From positions 15,438,001-15,502,000 of the forward strand of contig NC_043005.1 of the NCBI RefSeq assembly GCF_006345805.1: DNA of 64,000 bases, given 5' to 3'. Each line of letters begins with the position of its first letter. Within the stretch, counting starts at the first letter, position 1. The translations under genes and the position numbers were made by a program. This document shows, piece by piece, positions 12,670 to 26,315 of the stretch. The notes under the pieces are model-generated. The model saw nothing but the letters and a program-made list of their open reading frames with translations. It did no database searches and had not been told where the DNA came from. This DNA comes from Octopus sinensis. Lineage: Eukaryota.

Positions 12670-13220
12670 GTGGAAGCGCGTGGCTTAGTGGTTATGGTGT
12701 CAGCACCATGATCGTAAGATTGTGGTTTCGATTCCTGAACCAGGCGACGCGTTGTGTTCTTGAGCAAAACACTTCATTTCACATTGCTCCAGTCCACTCA
12801 GCCGACAAAAATGAGTAACGCTGTGATGGACTGGCGCCCCGTCCAGCTGGGGAACACATACACCATTGAAACCGGGAAACTGGGCCCATGAGCCTGGTTA
12901 GGCTTTAAAAGGGCGCATTTGTGGAGGTGCAGTGGCCCAGTGGTTAGGGCAGCGGACTCGCGGTCGGAGGATTGCGGTTTCGATTCCCAGACCGGGCGTT
13001 GTGTGTGTTTATTGAGCGAAAACACCTAAAAGCTCCACGAGGCTCCGGCAGGGGGTGGTGGCGACCCCTGTTGTACTCTTTCGCCCCAACTTTCTCTCAC
13101 TCTTTCTTCTTGTTTCTTGGGTAATGCTGCGATGGACTGGTGTCCCGTCCAGCTGGGGGGAACACATACGCCACAGAAACCGGGTCCAGGAACCTGGCTA
13201 GGCTTGAAAAGGGCGCATAA
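12670..13220 (+). mobile_element. Head-to-tail dimer of tRNA-derived SINEs (head2-tail1 then head1-tail1)
   Basis: Two tRNA-like heads (gtggaagcgcgtggcttagtggtt; gtggaggtgcagtggcccagtggtt), both ending in ...aaaagggcgcat. Confidence 0.85.
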
Positions 13221-14257
13221 ATGAAAATAAATAAATCGAAATGGATATTTTGTGTGCCCCATACACTTTTAATGAGATATTGAAGATGAAAAGCTTCAAA
13301 ATGAATAAAAGGAATATATATTTAACTCTTACCAAGACAGACAGACATCTTGCTTAAATTTTTGTCTTCTGAAAACTTTCAAATAATCGTATTTTGTTTA
13401 CCTCTCGAAATGAGTTTTTTTTTTTAAAGATTAAGGGTTGTCTTATTTTCACTAACGTTAGCTGAATAAGTTATGCAAACCAGTTTTTCTTAAACTTGAT
13501 CTTCGTCGGATCAAATAAATATTTTCGCGACCCTCCATTTGTAATCGGACAATTGGAACTATTACTGTATAGACGTATATAGGCAGTAGTCTGGCAGGAA
13601 CTGATCATAAAACAAGTAAATACAAAAACTATCTCATGTCTTTCAAATACTCCTGCTTCAGAATTTTCGTAAAAATAACACGGTGTGTCTAATTTATTCT
13701 GATTCTATTTAATTTTCAGTAGTGAGCACACTGAAACTATATCGTTGGTGTCAAATGCGTTAATCTTTTTAACATCGACTTTTTTCGACGAATACTGATT
13801 CTTCTTTCGAACGACCGTGATTTTCTTGTATTTTTTGTTACCCTTACTGCGTTTTATCTTTCTTTAGGTTGAGAATACTCTTTCCTCTCTAATGAGTCTT
13901 CCTCCTTATTTTCCCGGTAATTTGTCATAACCCTAATGCTTCCAATATATCCTCACTGTTACAAATTGGTTGGGAGATAGGAGAGCTTTTGGACCGAGGA
14001 CAACAGATTTTCCGAACACTTTTAAGGGTTGGCACCGGTGCATTTGACGTTGCTGATGTTCAACACTCTCCCTCTATACCTGCAATTCCCTGTCACCGCT
14101 GACCAAAACAAAACCAAGCGAAAGAGTTCTCTGGGTCCTGGTTCCAGCACTGAGAGTGGTAAGTTGAATTCAAAATGGAGACCTAATTTACACACTCCTC
14201 TCATTCTTTAAAGCTTTTGATAAAAAGTTTTGACTCGAAATATCAGAACTCATTAAA

Positions 14258-14965
14258 TAAAATCGTGTGGAGATCTGTCAACGTTTACTTCACCGCTACA
14301 ATGATAAAGGCGAAATTTTCTTGTTTTAGAGAGAATAATAATTGGAAATGAGACCTGGGTTCACCACTTTCTGCCAGAATCCAAAAGGCAGAGTATGGAG
14401 TGGAAACATCCGGAATTGCTAGCGAAAAAGAAATTTAAAACTTAACCGTCTGTAGAGAAAGTGACGCTAACCATTTTTTGGGACACAAAATGGTCTATAC
14501 TGGTACATTACCTGGAAAAGAGGTCTACAGTCACCAGTATAGGCTTCAGTGAAATTCTGGGCAACAAACTGAAACCAGCAATTCGTACCAAACGCCGAGG
14601 TCTATTGCCGAAGGAGCGTTACTGTTGCACGGTAATGCACGCCAACATCCAGCCGCCCACACCGTTGAAAATTTGGGTTTTCAGTAGGTGGAATATCTTG
14701 CATACAGTTCAGAGCTTGATCCTTCCGACTATCACCTCTTTGGATCGCTCAAACATCTTTTACGAGGTCGATGATTTGCTACAGACAAAGAAGTGCTGGA
14801 AGCGGCGCATAAATGTCTGCTCAACCAGCCGAAAACTTTCTCCGGTGGAAATGTATCGTAAAGTAAAGAGAGTATATCGATAAATGATGTAATTGTTCAA
14901 TCTCTGCTTTTCTTTTGATAAATTACAGAAACAAGAGTGCGTATAATTTTTTTTATTTATCCTCG
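14258..14965 (+). mobile_element. Degenerate mariner transposase, 3' half
   Basis: RVEICQRLL...IIIGNETWVHH...IFWD...LLHGNAR...PSDYHLFGSLK motifs with stops and frameshifts; ends cctcg|ta. Confidence 0.85.
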
Positions 14966-15179
14966 TATATTGTAATTCTACATAATGTACACTACTTTAG
15001 TCATTCAATCTTAAATTTAATAACAGACTTGAACTTCTCTGTTAATCGTAGAAAGAGAAAATATTTTAATAGACACAACCTGAAAATATGCTAGAGCCCC
15101 TTATGAACACGAAAGATATATCATATAATCCGCCAAAAAAAACTGAAGCCTCATGATCATACTGAAATGCAAATAATTG

Positions 15180-15560
15180 CACACCAGAGAAATCCTGAAA
15201 CTTTAGGACCATATAAAACCCAACCTAGAAGTGTCTTATAAACGGTACTATATATAACAGGAAGGGAGCTTTAGGAAATATTCAATAATTATACGTTTAA
15301 TAGGACAGATTAAAAATAAAAAGAACACAAGCAAGTTAGCCTGGTACATTTGATAATTAAAAGAAAAGCCTTAGATTATAATATTAAATGGCAAATCATA
15401 GAAAGTTCTAAAGCCTATCAGAAAGCAAACAAAATATACTATCTGTGCACAGTTAAGAAAATGTAAAATTTTAAAACATCCAAAAACATCTCCATGTGAT
15501 TAGAAATATGCGAGAAATGCAGACATTTGGAGCATCACTTTTTACGGGACTTCATGTAAC
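15180..15560 (+). mobile_element. Penelope-like element GIY-YIG endonuclease relic
   Basis: Fragments NTSKLAWYI..LKEK.LDYNIKWQIIESSKAY...LCT resemble the PLE endonuclease C-terminus. Confidence 0.55.
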
Positions 15561-16267
15561 AGGTGCAGTTTAACCGGGTTAAAACCGCACGAATACATTA
15601 ACTATTTCATATTAGGATTCTTTATTTTTCTCTTCCATCTTGCCTCTTTCTCAAGTATTTATTTCTACTTAATTTTTTTTTCTCCCAAACAGCCACCTAC
15701 ATCTTCCTCCACGCTGTTTGTTCATTCACGTTCAGTGTTGATGTATTGATCCCGGCTTCATTCTACGTAACAGTTTTCTTCGATTTATAACAAAGTAAAG
15801 AACTTTTTTCCTACTGTGTTTCAGAAATTAGCTTCAAAGTTCACACCTGAAACTCAGCAAAGAAGTAATAACTCACCACGACATGAACTTATGTCCGAGT
15901 AAGACATATCTAATACAGGCAGATATTTACTGCAACATGTATGAGATAATCATATTTAGTTTTTAGCCATTTCATTTTACATACATATACATGCATATGC
16001 ACACAGACACACACACGTGTGTAGACACATTGTTTGTTTAGATTACTTTTCTTTTTTCATTTGACTCTCATCTGCCAGTCATTTAGATCAGTTGTAGATA
16101 CGACATGTCAGTTATATTTTTGACTACATACGATACTTTGTGTATATTCATCTGATATTTTGTAGATTATAATTTGTTAAAAAACAGTCTCTTTTTCTTT
16201 CTCCTCTCTATCATAGCTTCAGTTAAACATGAAGTATCTTAGAAATTTACTCACACAGAGACACATA

Positions 16268-17130
<863 letters not shown>

Positions 17131-17614
17131 TATGTGACCTCAAAAACGCGCACTTTTACTTTTACCTGTTTTGGTTTCCCATCGAGTTTGATGATGATCA
17201 TCGTCATTTGTGAATACTTTACTGACAAGATCTCAATTCTTGGTCTACATCATCATTCATTGACAGGAATGTAAATGCCTTGCTGGAAAGGCCAGGTGTA
17301 AGTCTGTGAGTATACATCTTTCATCACTTTTCTTACTAGTATCGAATGCATTTCTGCTCCGTATTTGCATCCACTCTAACAGAGACAGCCAAATTTAATG
17401 GCAAACAGCAACATTTTCCACTTTTGAAAAGTTAATGTCGATCCTATTCAAAGTGGTATTCACTTGGTCTTTAAACCATTCTTTTAGTCCTCCAGTTTGG
17501 CGTAACTAACCGTGTGATTGAAGAAACTTGTGGCGAGTTCCCTTTCAGGTTTCATATTTGCATGAATACGTTTTAAAAAATCATGTTTAAGAGCAATTCC
17601 CTGTTAGCCTGATA

Positions 17615-17672
<58 letters not shown>

Positions 17673-17743
17673 TGAGGGAATATTATTCCAAACTTACAGG
17701 GAAAAATTCAATTTAGAAATACTAAATCAAATTTCACAAAATA

Positions 17744-17830
<87 letters not shown>

Positions 17831-17838
<8 letters not shown>

Positions 17839-18100
17839 AAACCCCACCTTTTATCAATTCAATAGTGAAAAATTAAATTATACCATTTAGAAAAATTACA
17901 TATTATAGAAAGATTAAACATAAGATAAAACATATAACAATGATTAAGCAATATGCAAAAAATAGTACATTTTTGCATATTGCTTAATCATTGTTATATG
18001 TTTTATTTTATATTTAATCTTTCTATAATATGTAATTTTTCTAAATGGCATAATTTAATTTTTCACTATTGAATTGATAAAAGGTGTTTCTTTTTTCTAA
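17831..18100. repeat. Near-perfect ~270-bp palindrome flanked by (TA)n
   Basis: Arms of about 130 bp around an 8-nt loop at 17962-17969. Confidence 0.9.
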
Positions 18101-18129
18101 TTTATATATATATGTCTTGAGAGTACTAT

Positions 18130-18760
18130 TACATAGGTCTGCGAAATGGAAATTTTTGAAAATTGTTTTCATAATTGCATGTTACTTTATTTAGCAAAAT
18201 AAATAGGCACAAATGCAATTGAAAGGTGAAAAAAATAGGTTTCTTAGAAGGGTTTCAATCATATTTTGGATTCAGAACCTCAAAATCTCTTCTTTTTCAC
18301 TTCGAAACTACGTCTGTAGCTCTTTCATTTGCGAGCGTTTGATGGACATTCACAGTACAACATCCAGCATTACTCGACCATCGTAATGATTTTCCATCTT
18401 CTCCGATGTCTTTTATCCATCTCCTTTGTGTCTTGGAACCTTTCTCCTTGCTCCTCACTCACCTCCACCAGGTTTTCCGGAAAAAAATCCAAATGGTTAT
18501 ATAGGAAAACAAAAAACTTTAATGCTTCTTTTACATCCAAAGCCTTGGAACTTTTCCACCATTCTGCTATGTTCCTGAAATTACCCATGAAGTTCTTCAT
18601 CACATCTTTAAAACTAATCCGTGCATCTTTTTCAGAATCACTAAGAGAGTTTTCAAAGTTTTCGTCCTTGACAAGTTTCCTTATCTGGTCCTCCAAATAC
18701 TCTCTCTTCAAACTTGGCGTCTGACAGAACATAAAACTTGTTACGCAAATACTTAAATCC
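18130..18760 (-). mobile_element. DNA transposase relic, probably CMC/Chapaev3-like
   Basis: ORF 18370-18732 contains HLDFFPENLVEVSEEQGERF, matching a recalled Chapaev3-type C-terminal motif; superfamily assigned from memory only. Confidence 0.55.
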
Positions 18761-18768
18761 TAGAGTGG

Positions 18769-19136
18769 CATTCGGTCGGTTGCGACGACGAGGGTTCCAG
18801 TTGATCCGATCAACGAAACAGCCTGCTCATGAAATTAACGGGCAAGTGACTGAGCACTCTACAGACACGTGTACACTTAATGTCGTTCCCGGGGAAATTC
18901 AGCGTGACACAGAGTGTGACAAGGCTGGCTCTTTGAAGTACAGGTACAACAGAAACAGGAAGAAAGAGTGAGAGAAAGTTGTGGTGAAAGAGTATAGTAG
19001 GGTTCGCCATCGGAGCCTCGTGGAGCTTTAGGTGTTTTCACTCAATTAACACTCATAACTCCCGGTCTGGGAATCGAAACCGCGATCGTACGACCGCGAG
19101 TCGGCTGCTCTAACAACTGGGCCACTGCGCCTCCAC
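18769..19136 (-). mobile_element. tRNA-derived SINE (head1 + tail2)
   Basis: Head and body shared with 12921-13220; different tail, which also occurs alone at about 53915-54095. Confidence 0.8.
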
Positions 19137-19289
19137 AGTTTAGACTACATACTGCATAATACCATAGAATATTTGTTACACTATATTTTCGTGTGGAAAC
19201 ACATGTAAGAGTCATGAATTATATTTTTTCTCTAACGCCATTATTATGGAGTCCTCGTGATAACAATGCTTTCTGAATCAGGCACAAGT

Positions 19290-19890
19290 CCAGTAATTTG
19301 GGGATGACGGGATTAACTGGTACTTTTATTTCATCGACCGGAGAGGGATGAAAGACCAAGTTGACCTTGGCAGTATTTAAGCTCCCAACGTAAAGATCTA
19401 TAAAAAATATTGCAAAGCGTTATTCCGACACGCCAACGATTCTGCCAGCTTACCGCGTTAAGTCCTTATAATAATAGGTTCAAATTTTGGCATGCGGCCA
19501 GCAAGTTCGGGGGAGGAGATAGGCAATTACATCGATTCGACTGCTCAACTGGTACTTATTTTATCGATTCCGAAAGGATGAAAGACAAATCGACCTCGGC
19601 GGAATTTGAACTCAGAATGTAATGAGCAACGAAATACCACTAAATATTTCGCCCAGCGACAAAACAATTCAGTCAGCTCGCTGCCTTAAATCCTTATAAT
19701 AATCCTTTCTACAATAGGCATAAGGCCTGAAATTTTGGGGGAGGAGACTTGACGATTACATCAACCCCAGTGCTTAACTGGTACTTATTTCATCGATCTC
19801 GAAAGGATGAAAGGTAAAGTCGACCTCAGCGGAATTTGAACTCAGAACGTAGAGATAGACGAAATGCTGCTCATCATTTTGCCCGGCCTG
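19290..19890 (-). mobile_element. Three diverged SINE family A copies in tandem
   Basis: Repeated ggaatttgaactcagaa B-box complement at about 200-bp period; spacer ccttataataat shared. Confidence 0.7.
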
Positions 19891-20159
19891 CCAACCTTTC
19901 TTATTTCTTTATTGCCCACAATGAGCTAAACATAGAGGGGACAAACAAGAATAGACAATGGGATTAAGTCGATTACATCGACCCCAGTGCGTAACTGGTA
20001 CTTAATTTAGGATGAGGTAGATATTGAATGAGAAATATCAATGGGAAAGAACATTAAAGTGTAAGTGAATCCAGTATGCATAATTTTTTAAATGTCCATA
20101 GAATAGGACCGTCAACGAAGGACAATTAACAAGCCGCAAATTTTGAACTCTTCTGACTC

Positions 20160-20565
20160 TCTCTCTCTCTTTTACTCTTTTACTTGTTTCAGTCATTTGA
20201 CTGCGGCCATGCTGGAGCACCGCCTTTAGTCGAGCAAATCGACCCCGGGACTTATTCTTTGTAAGCCCAGCACTTATTCTTTCGGTCTCTTTTGCCGAAC
20301 CGCTAAGTGACAGGGACGTAAACACACCAGCATCGGTTGTCAAGCAATGCTAGGGGGACAAACACAGACACACAAACACATACATGTATATATACATATA
20401 CGACAGGCTTCTTTCAGTTTCCGTCTACCAAATCCACTCACAAGGCATTGGTCGGCCCGGGGCTATAGCAGAAGACACTTGCCCAAGATGCCACGCAGTG
20501 GGACTGAACCCGCACCCATGTGGTTGGTTAGCAAGCTACTTACCACACAGCCACTCCTGTGCCTC
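20160..20565 (-). mobile_element. Full-length tRNA-derived SINE family B
   Basis: Reverse complement of the family B head, body and tail. Confidence 0.85.
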
Positions 20566-20652
20566 TTAAGAATAAGGATCTTTTGCCAGCTATCAATCCC
20601 CCATGGCACAGGCGCATGCTAAGAGTAGGTCATTCACTAAAGAAGAAATAAG

Positions 20653-20883
20653 GCGGCGAGCTGGCAGAATAGTTAGCACGCCGGGCGAAATGCGTAGCCG
20701 TATTTCGTCTGCCGCTAAGTTCTGAGTTCAAATTCCGCCGAGGACGACTTTACCTTTCATCCTTTCTGGGTCGATAAATTAAGTACCAGTTACGCAGTGG
20801 GGTCGATGTAAATCGACTTAATCCCATTGCCTGTTCTTGTTTGTCCTCTCTGTGTTTAGCCCCTTGTGGGCAATAAAGAAACA
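20653..20883 (+). mobile_element. Intact SINE family A with 21-bp TSD
   Basis: attcactaaagaagaaataag at 20632-20652 and 20884-20904. Confidence 0.92.
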
Positions 20884-21117
20884 ATTCACTAAAGAAGAAA
20901 TAAGACTGCCCTGCCATTGTACGGGTTCTGACAACCACTAGCCTGAATTAATTACGGCTACCGCTCATGTCCTAAGCTATCGATTTTTCATCCGAGTCTG
21001 TGAAGAAAGTCCATAACTCAAAATCCAAATTTTTCCGAAACAACAATGCCACACTATAGAAAAACTACATCCGTACACGCATACATACACACATTTATAC
21101 ATACATACAGGCATGCA

Positions 21118-21615
21118 TGATGGCCGTCCACTCGTGACCGAGGAAGACCATTGCCGACCTTCAGGAACATTGTGCGCTCTAGGACTAACTTATATTTTGC
21201 ATTTGCGGCTCCGCTGGTGGCTAATGAGCCCTGCTCTTGACAAGCATACACGACTGCAGACTTTCCCCATTCACTATACGAGCCGTGCGCTTTCGCACAG
21301 TTCGCCTAAGTTCTTCATGCTGGATACGTGCTCTCTCAAAAGTGTCGATCCCCTCCTTAACCTGCTTCCTCCATCTGTAGCGATGACAGGCATTGTTCTC
21401 CTAGTCATACATACATACATACATACATACATACATACATACATACATACATACATACATGCATACATACATACATACATACATACATACATTCATACAT
21501 ACATGCATACATACATACATACATGCATACATACATACATACATACATACATGCATACATACATACATACATACATACATGCATACATACATACACATGT
21601 AAGCATACACGCGTT

Positions 21616-21652
<37 letters not shown>

Positions 21653-22085
21653 TTTTATTCATTTACTTCTTTCAATCAACAAACTGTGGCCACGCTGGGG
21701 CACCACCTTGAAAATTTTGCGTCGAACTTAATTTTGTTAATTTTGGTAATTATCCTATCTGTCTAATTTTTTTTTCGAACCGGTAAGTTACGGGGACGTA
21801 AACACACGAACACCAGTTGTCAAGCGGAGGTGGGGGACAGACACACACGCACAGATGCATCCATACCTCCATACCCCTCCTTAACCTGCTTCCTCCATCT
21901 GTGGCGATGACAGGCATTGTTCTCCCACTCAGTGTCCTGCATATCACAGGCCTTTAACGAGGACTTTACACAGTCCTTAAATCGCAGCCTTGGTTTCTGC
22001 CGGAGTCTCCTTCCATTCACAAGTTCTCCATAAAGCATCTGCTTAGGAATCCTTCTATCCTCCATTCTAATAAGGTGTCCAGGCA
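21118..22085 (-). mobile_element. RTE (BovB-like) LINE 3' end, interrupted by a SINE fragment and (ATAC)n
   Basis: GHLIRMEDRRIPKQMLYGEL...RFKDCVKSSLK (21874-22085) continues into ...CLSRAGLISHQRS and the 3' UTR (21118-21405). Confidence 0.85.
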
Positions 22086-22408
22086 TGCATACAATCATAC
22101 ATTCACACATACCCGTACGTCTTTGTCTGAATAAATAGAAATGCAACTAGCACAAATGCACACATTGTTAGTGAGTTTCAGGTCCTTCCAAAAGTAGATA
22201 TGTTTGTTTTGGTATGTCTGGTTAGTCTTTAGTATAGGTTCCCCTTTCATTTTCTGGCTCGATCTTCCTCTCCCCCTTCCTCTTTTAATTGATATACGAA
22301 TAAACACATTACGATATCAATTTGCGTTCAGTAAACGAAGGCGAAGTTTTCAGCTATCAGTGATACTCTCGATAAACATATTTTTCCTTAGATATTACTC
22401 TTTTTATC

Positions 22409-22504
<96 letters not shown>

Positions 22505-22721
22505 GTTCCTTTTCCCTTTTTTCTTTTTCTCTTTTCCTTTTTTTTTGTTCTTTTTTCCCTTTTACGATCCCTTTTGATCGAAAACCTACGCCACCCTTTT
22601 TTTTTCTTTTTGATTCTTTTGTTTTTTGTTTTTTGTTGTTTTTTTTTCATCCCCCAAAAGAAAAGCTCTACCTTGTAACTTGTCCCATCTGTGTGCAGCC
22701 CTGTGTGGCCAATAAAGAAAC
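22505..22721 (+). mobile_element. 3' UTR-only copy of the Tx1-like LINE within (ATCT)n
   Basis: Shares tttacgatccc..gatcgaaa and aaaagaaaagctctaccttgtaa...gcagccctgtgtgg.caataaagaaac with 31860-32006; (ATCT)n on both sides. Confidence 0.88.
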
Positions 22722-22825
<104 letters not shown>

Positions 22826-22830
22826 CTCTC

Positions 22831-22898
<68 letters not shown>

Positions 22899-22924
22899 CC
22901 TATCTATATATCTTTCTACCTTCC

Positions 22925-22976
<52 letters not shown>

Positions 22977-23538
22977 TCCTCTGAATATAATGGGACTGTG
23001 AATGCACCACTGATCTCCACAGCATAAGAAAGAGATCAGAGGGTACACAGACGATCGTGACTTGATAATACCTCTGGAATGCTTTTGTGGGTAGTCGGAA
23101 TGTCGGACTTTAAAGAAGCTCGGTGAATAATTCATAGAAAGCAAATTCGCTAGCGGTCAATTAAATGCCATTAATGCACAATTTTATTCTAAATTAAATA
23201 TTTTCATAAATTAAAGTTTTGATAATGTGTTATTAAATTGTCAGAAAAATATTTTTTTGCTAATTACAGGCTGCGTCTTCATCATTTGTAGAATCATATG
23301 AGCAGGGAAATACAAGTATATTGCACGTATTGTGAGGGATTATTTCGCACGAAATACGTTGTTTAAATAACTAAAAAGTATACGAAAATAATTAAATTAG
23401 CAATACAAAACAAAACGAAACGAACTTAAAATAAACTAACGCTATTTCAAAACTATTGCTTCTGTTACTTTAAATTTAGAGACTTATATATTCTATCTAG
23501 TCTTACCGAAAATGTAACAAAATGCTATTTCATAATTA

Positions 23539-23929
23539 ACTAGCAGTATCGCCCGGCGTTGCTTGGGTTTGTAAGGGAAATAACTATATAAGCATTCTTA
23601 GAGAGTTACTTCCCTTATATAATAACAAAAAATGCATCAAAAATGGGAAAAAATGATGGTAAATTTTTTTAAAAGTCGTTGACTCATCGTAGACATTTTT
23701 AGAGAGTTACTTCCCTTATATAATAGCGAAAAAATGCATTAAAAATGGGAAAAAATGATGGTAATTTTTTTTTTAAATCGTAGACGCGCGCTAATACCCA
23801 GAAGGGCTCGATATGAATCACGACTATAAGATACCCGCTTTTGGTTAAACTGCACCGCAAAATGTGGGAGTAGTTAGGAATCTAAATCGGAGGAGACAGA
23901 CACACAACTTCACTTTTATATATAAAGAT
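23539..23929 (+). mobile_element. Helentron/HINE-like non-autonomous element, copy 1
   Basis: actagcagtatcgcccggcgttgc start, ttttatatataaagat end; internal duplication. Confidence 0.65.
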
Positions 23930-24044
23930 ATCACTCGACCCTATCATTCTAAGAAACTTAATCCCTAATATTGATAAATGTATATTCTCTTTATCTTCAG
24001 ATGCTGCTGCATTCATTAGCACTTTCCATTATTATGAGAAAGAA

Positions 24045-24272
24045 AAGTGGCGAGCTGGCAGAAACGTTAACACGCCGGGCGAAATGCTTAGTATTTCGTC
24101 TGCCGCTATGTTCTGAGGTCAAATTCCGCCGAGATCGACTTTGCCTTTCATCCTTTCGGGGTCGATTAAATAAGTACCAGTAACGCACTGGGGTCGATAT
24201 AATCGACTTAATCCATTTGTCTGTCCTTGTTTGTCCTCTCTGTGTTTAGCCCCTTGTGGGCAGTAAAGAAAT
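24045..24272 (+). mobile_element. SINE family A
   Basis: Same consensus as 20653-20883. Confidence 0.85.
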
Positions 24273-24631
24273 AGGTAGTAAATATGCTTTCATCCCTGTT
24301 AGACTACTTTTGCTCCTCTAAGGAGTCTAAGTCTGTAGATATTCTATCATTCCAAGGGGCCTTTTCATTGTGTGTTTTTTCTTCCGCCCAAATTTTATTC
24401 CAAAATACCTGCACTTCTTCTTTTTATGGGACAGACTCTACTGTAACTGGTATCTTCCCTATCTTAAATTTTTGGGGTTACTTTTGATCATGTTGTTGTC
24501 CTTGAAGAATCTAACGCGCTTTTCATACCTTGCTATGCGGGCAGCTTTAGCACATACATATCTTTTGCTTGATGGTTTCTATGGTGGTATCAATGTCAAA
24601 TATGGTTTTCATATTATATTTTTTCTTTAAT

Positions 24632-24668
24632 TTATTATTATTATTATTATAATTATAATTATTATAAT

Positions 24669-24751
<83 letters not shown>
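24632..24751. repeat. (TTA)n/(TAA)n/(TTA)n compound microsatellite with inverted blocks
   Basis: Direct inspection. Confidence 0.9.
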
Positions 24752-24756
<5 letters not shown>

Positions 24757-25135
24757 CTCGTAGATCATTATCTTCAAATTAGCTCCATGATGTCTAACGT
24801 TCATATGATTAACAAAAACTTAAACAAATAAAGAATAAAAGTAAAAAAAAAAAACAATCGCATATCTATAGTCGTGTCTGAATATGGCCACAACGCGGTT
24901 GTTGGTATCAGTAAAAGAGTACGAGTATGAGAAAGAAAATCCCCGGTTATTGATTAAACACTTAATCAGTAATATTCATATCGGTTAAGCTGTTAATGTG
25001 CAATCTGTTTATCGATTAAGCATTCAGTGGGCGAAAATGGCGGGACGGCAAATGCGCTTAATAAGAGAAATTATAGTCAATTAGAACTTCACAAACGGAA
25101 CCAGAATTATGTTATCGAGGTTATTTTTATGTAGA

Positions 25136-25532
25136 ACTAGCAGTATCGCCCGGCGTTGCTCGGGTTTGTAAGGGAAATAACTATATAAGCATTTTTAGAG
25201 ATGTAAAGTATAACAGCCATCTCAATATGGCTAGCCACAAAGGGGTGGGGTGTTACTCTGGCTTTTTACGTTCTGGGATTTTAAATTTTTTTAGAGAGTT
25301 ACTTCCCTTATATATGCCAAAAATGCATTAAAAATGGGGAAAATTGATGGTAAATTTTTTTTTAAATCGTAGACTCATCGTAGACGCGCGTTAATACCCA
25401 GAAGGGCTCGATATGAATCACGACTATAAGATACCCGGTTTTGGTTAAACTGCACCGCAAAATGTGGGAGTAGTTAGGAATCTAAATCGTAGGTGACAGA
25501 CAGCACACAACCTCTCTTTTATATATAAAGAT
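25136..25532 (+). mobile_element. Helentron/HINE-like non-autonomous element, copy 2
   Basis: Same termini as copy 1; unique internal segment of about 90 bp. Confidence 0.65.
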
Positions 25533-26019
25533 AACTCGGTTGCCTGCTAAAATAAGAAAAAAGAGTAAAGTCAGCCCCAACATACTTTATTTTGAAGTTT
25601 CTTCATAATCCAGGTTTTAGCTTCAAAGAGAAGAATGCTCTCTATATATGCCCCAAAGAATGCTTTGTGACTTTGTACGAGTTGATTGCCAGATGTCATG
25701 AAGTTTGTTAGGAGTACCCCAGGTTTGTCAATTGTGTGTCAAGAAGTTATTCTCATCATCAATAGCATAAGACCTTAGGTACCTGGGGTCACTAAGCTTT
25801 CATCTTCCTCGATTGTCATGAACTCAATTTCTTTTTAGTATCGAGAAACAGACCGACCCTAGCGACAGAATGTTTAAGGATTATTAACAAGTCTTGGGCA
25901 TCTTACAGGATCAATATAACCTTGATGGTTATTACAACACTTTCTCAAGAGGGTTCAAAACATCTCATGATGTTAGCACAAGATTAAATAAATTTATGAA
26001 AGTATTCTACCCAGCTCAA

Positions 26020-26215
26020 CTATTGTTGATCAACGCATAATAGACTCCTTTAGCCCCCACTATGAAGCATAAGGGTGTGCGAAAAGCCTGGCTGAAGGCC
26101 CAACTTTCTGAGTTCTTTTGCAGGCCTTAGAAAAAGTGAAGGATCACTGCAGTAAGTGTGTGAATCTGAGAGGGAAACATGTTGAATAAAATCATTATTA
26201 ACTGATCCTCCTGTA
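26020..26215 (+). mobile_element. Mariner transposase C-terminal relic
   Basis: QALEKVKDHCSKCVNLRGKHVE* resembles the mariner C-terminus (WxKCVxxxGxYVE). Confidence 0.5.
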
Positions 26216-26315
26216 ATTTCAATTACTCAAAGGCAGGAACTTTTCAGCACCCCATCGTATGAACACCTCCAACTTATTGTTTTAATCACTAGGCATTTAT
26301 GTAAAACGATAAACG

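Noticed and set aside
25034-25043. YY1-like AAAATGGCGG motif suggesting a promoter
   Set aside because: A single short motif with no downstream exon or donor support.
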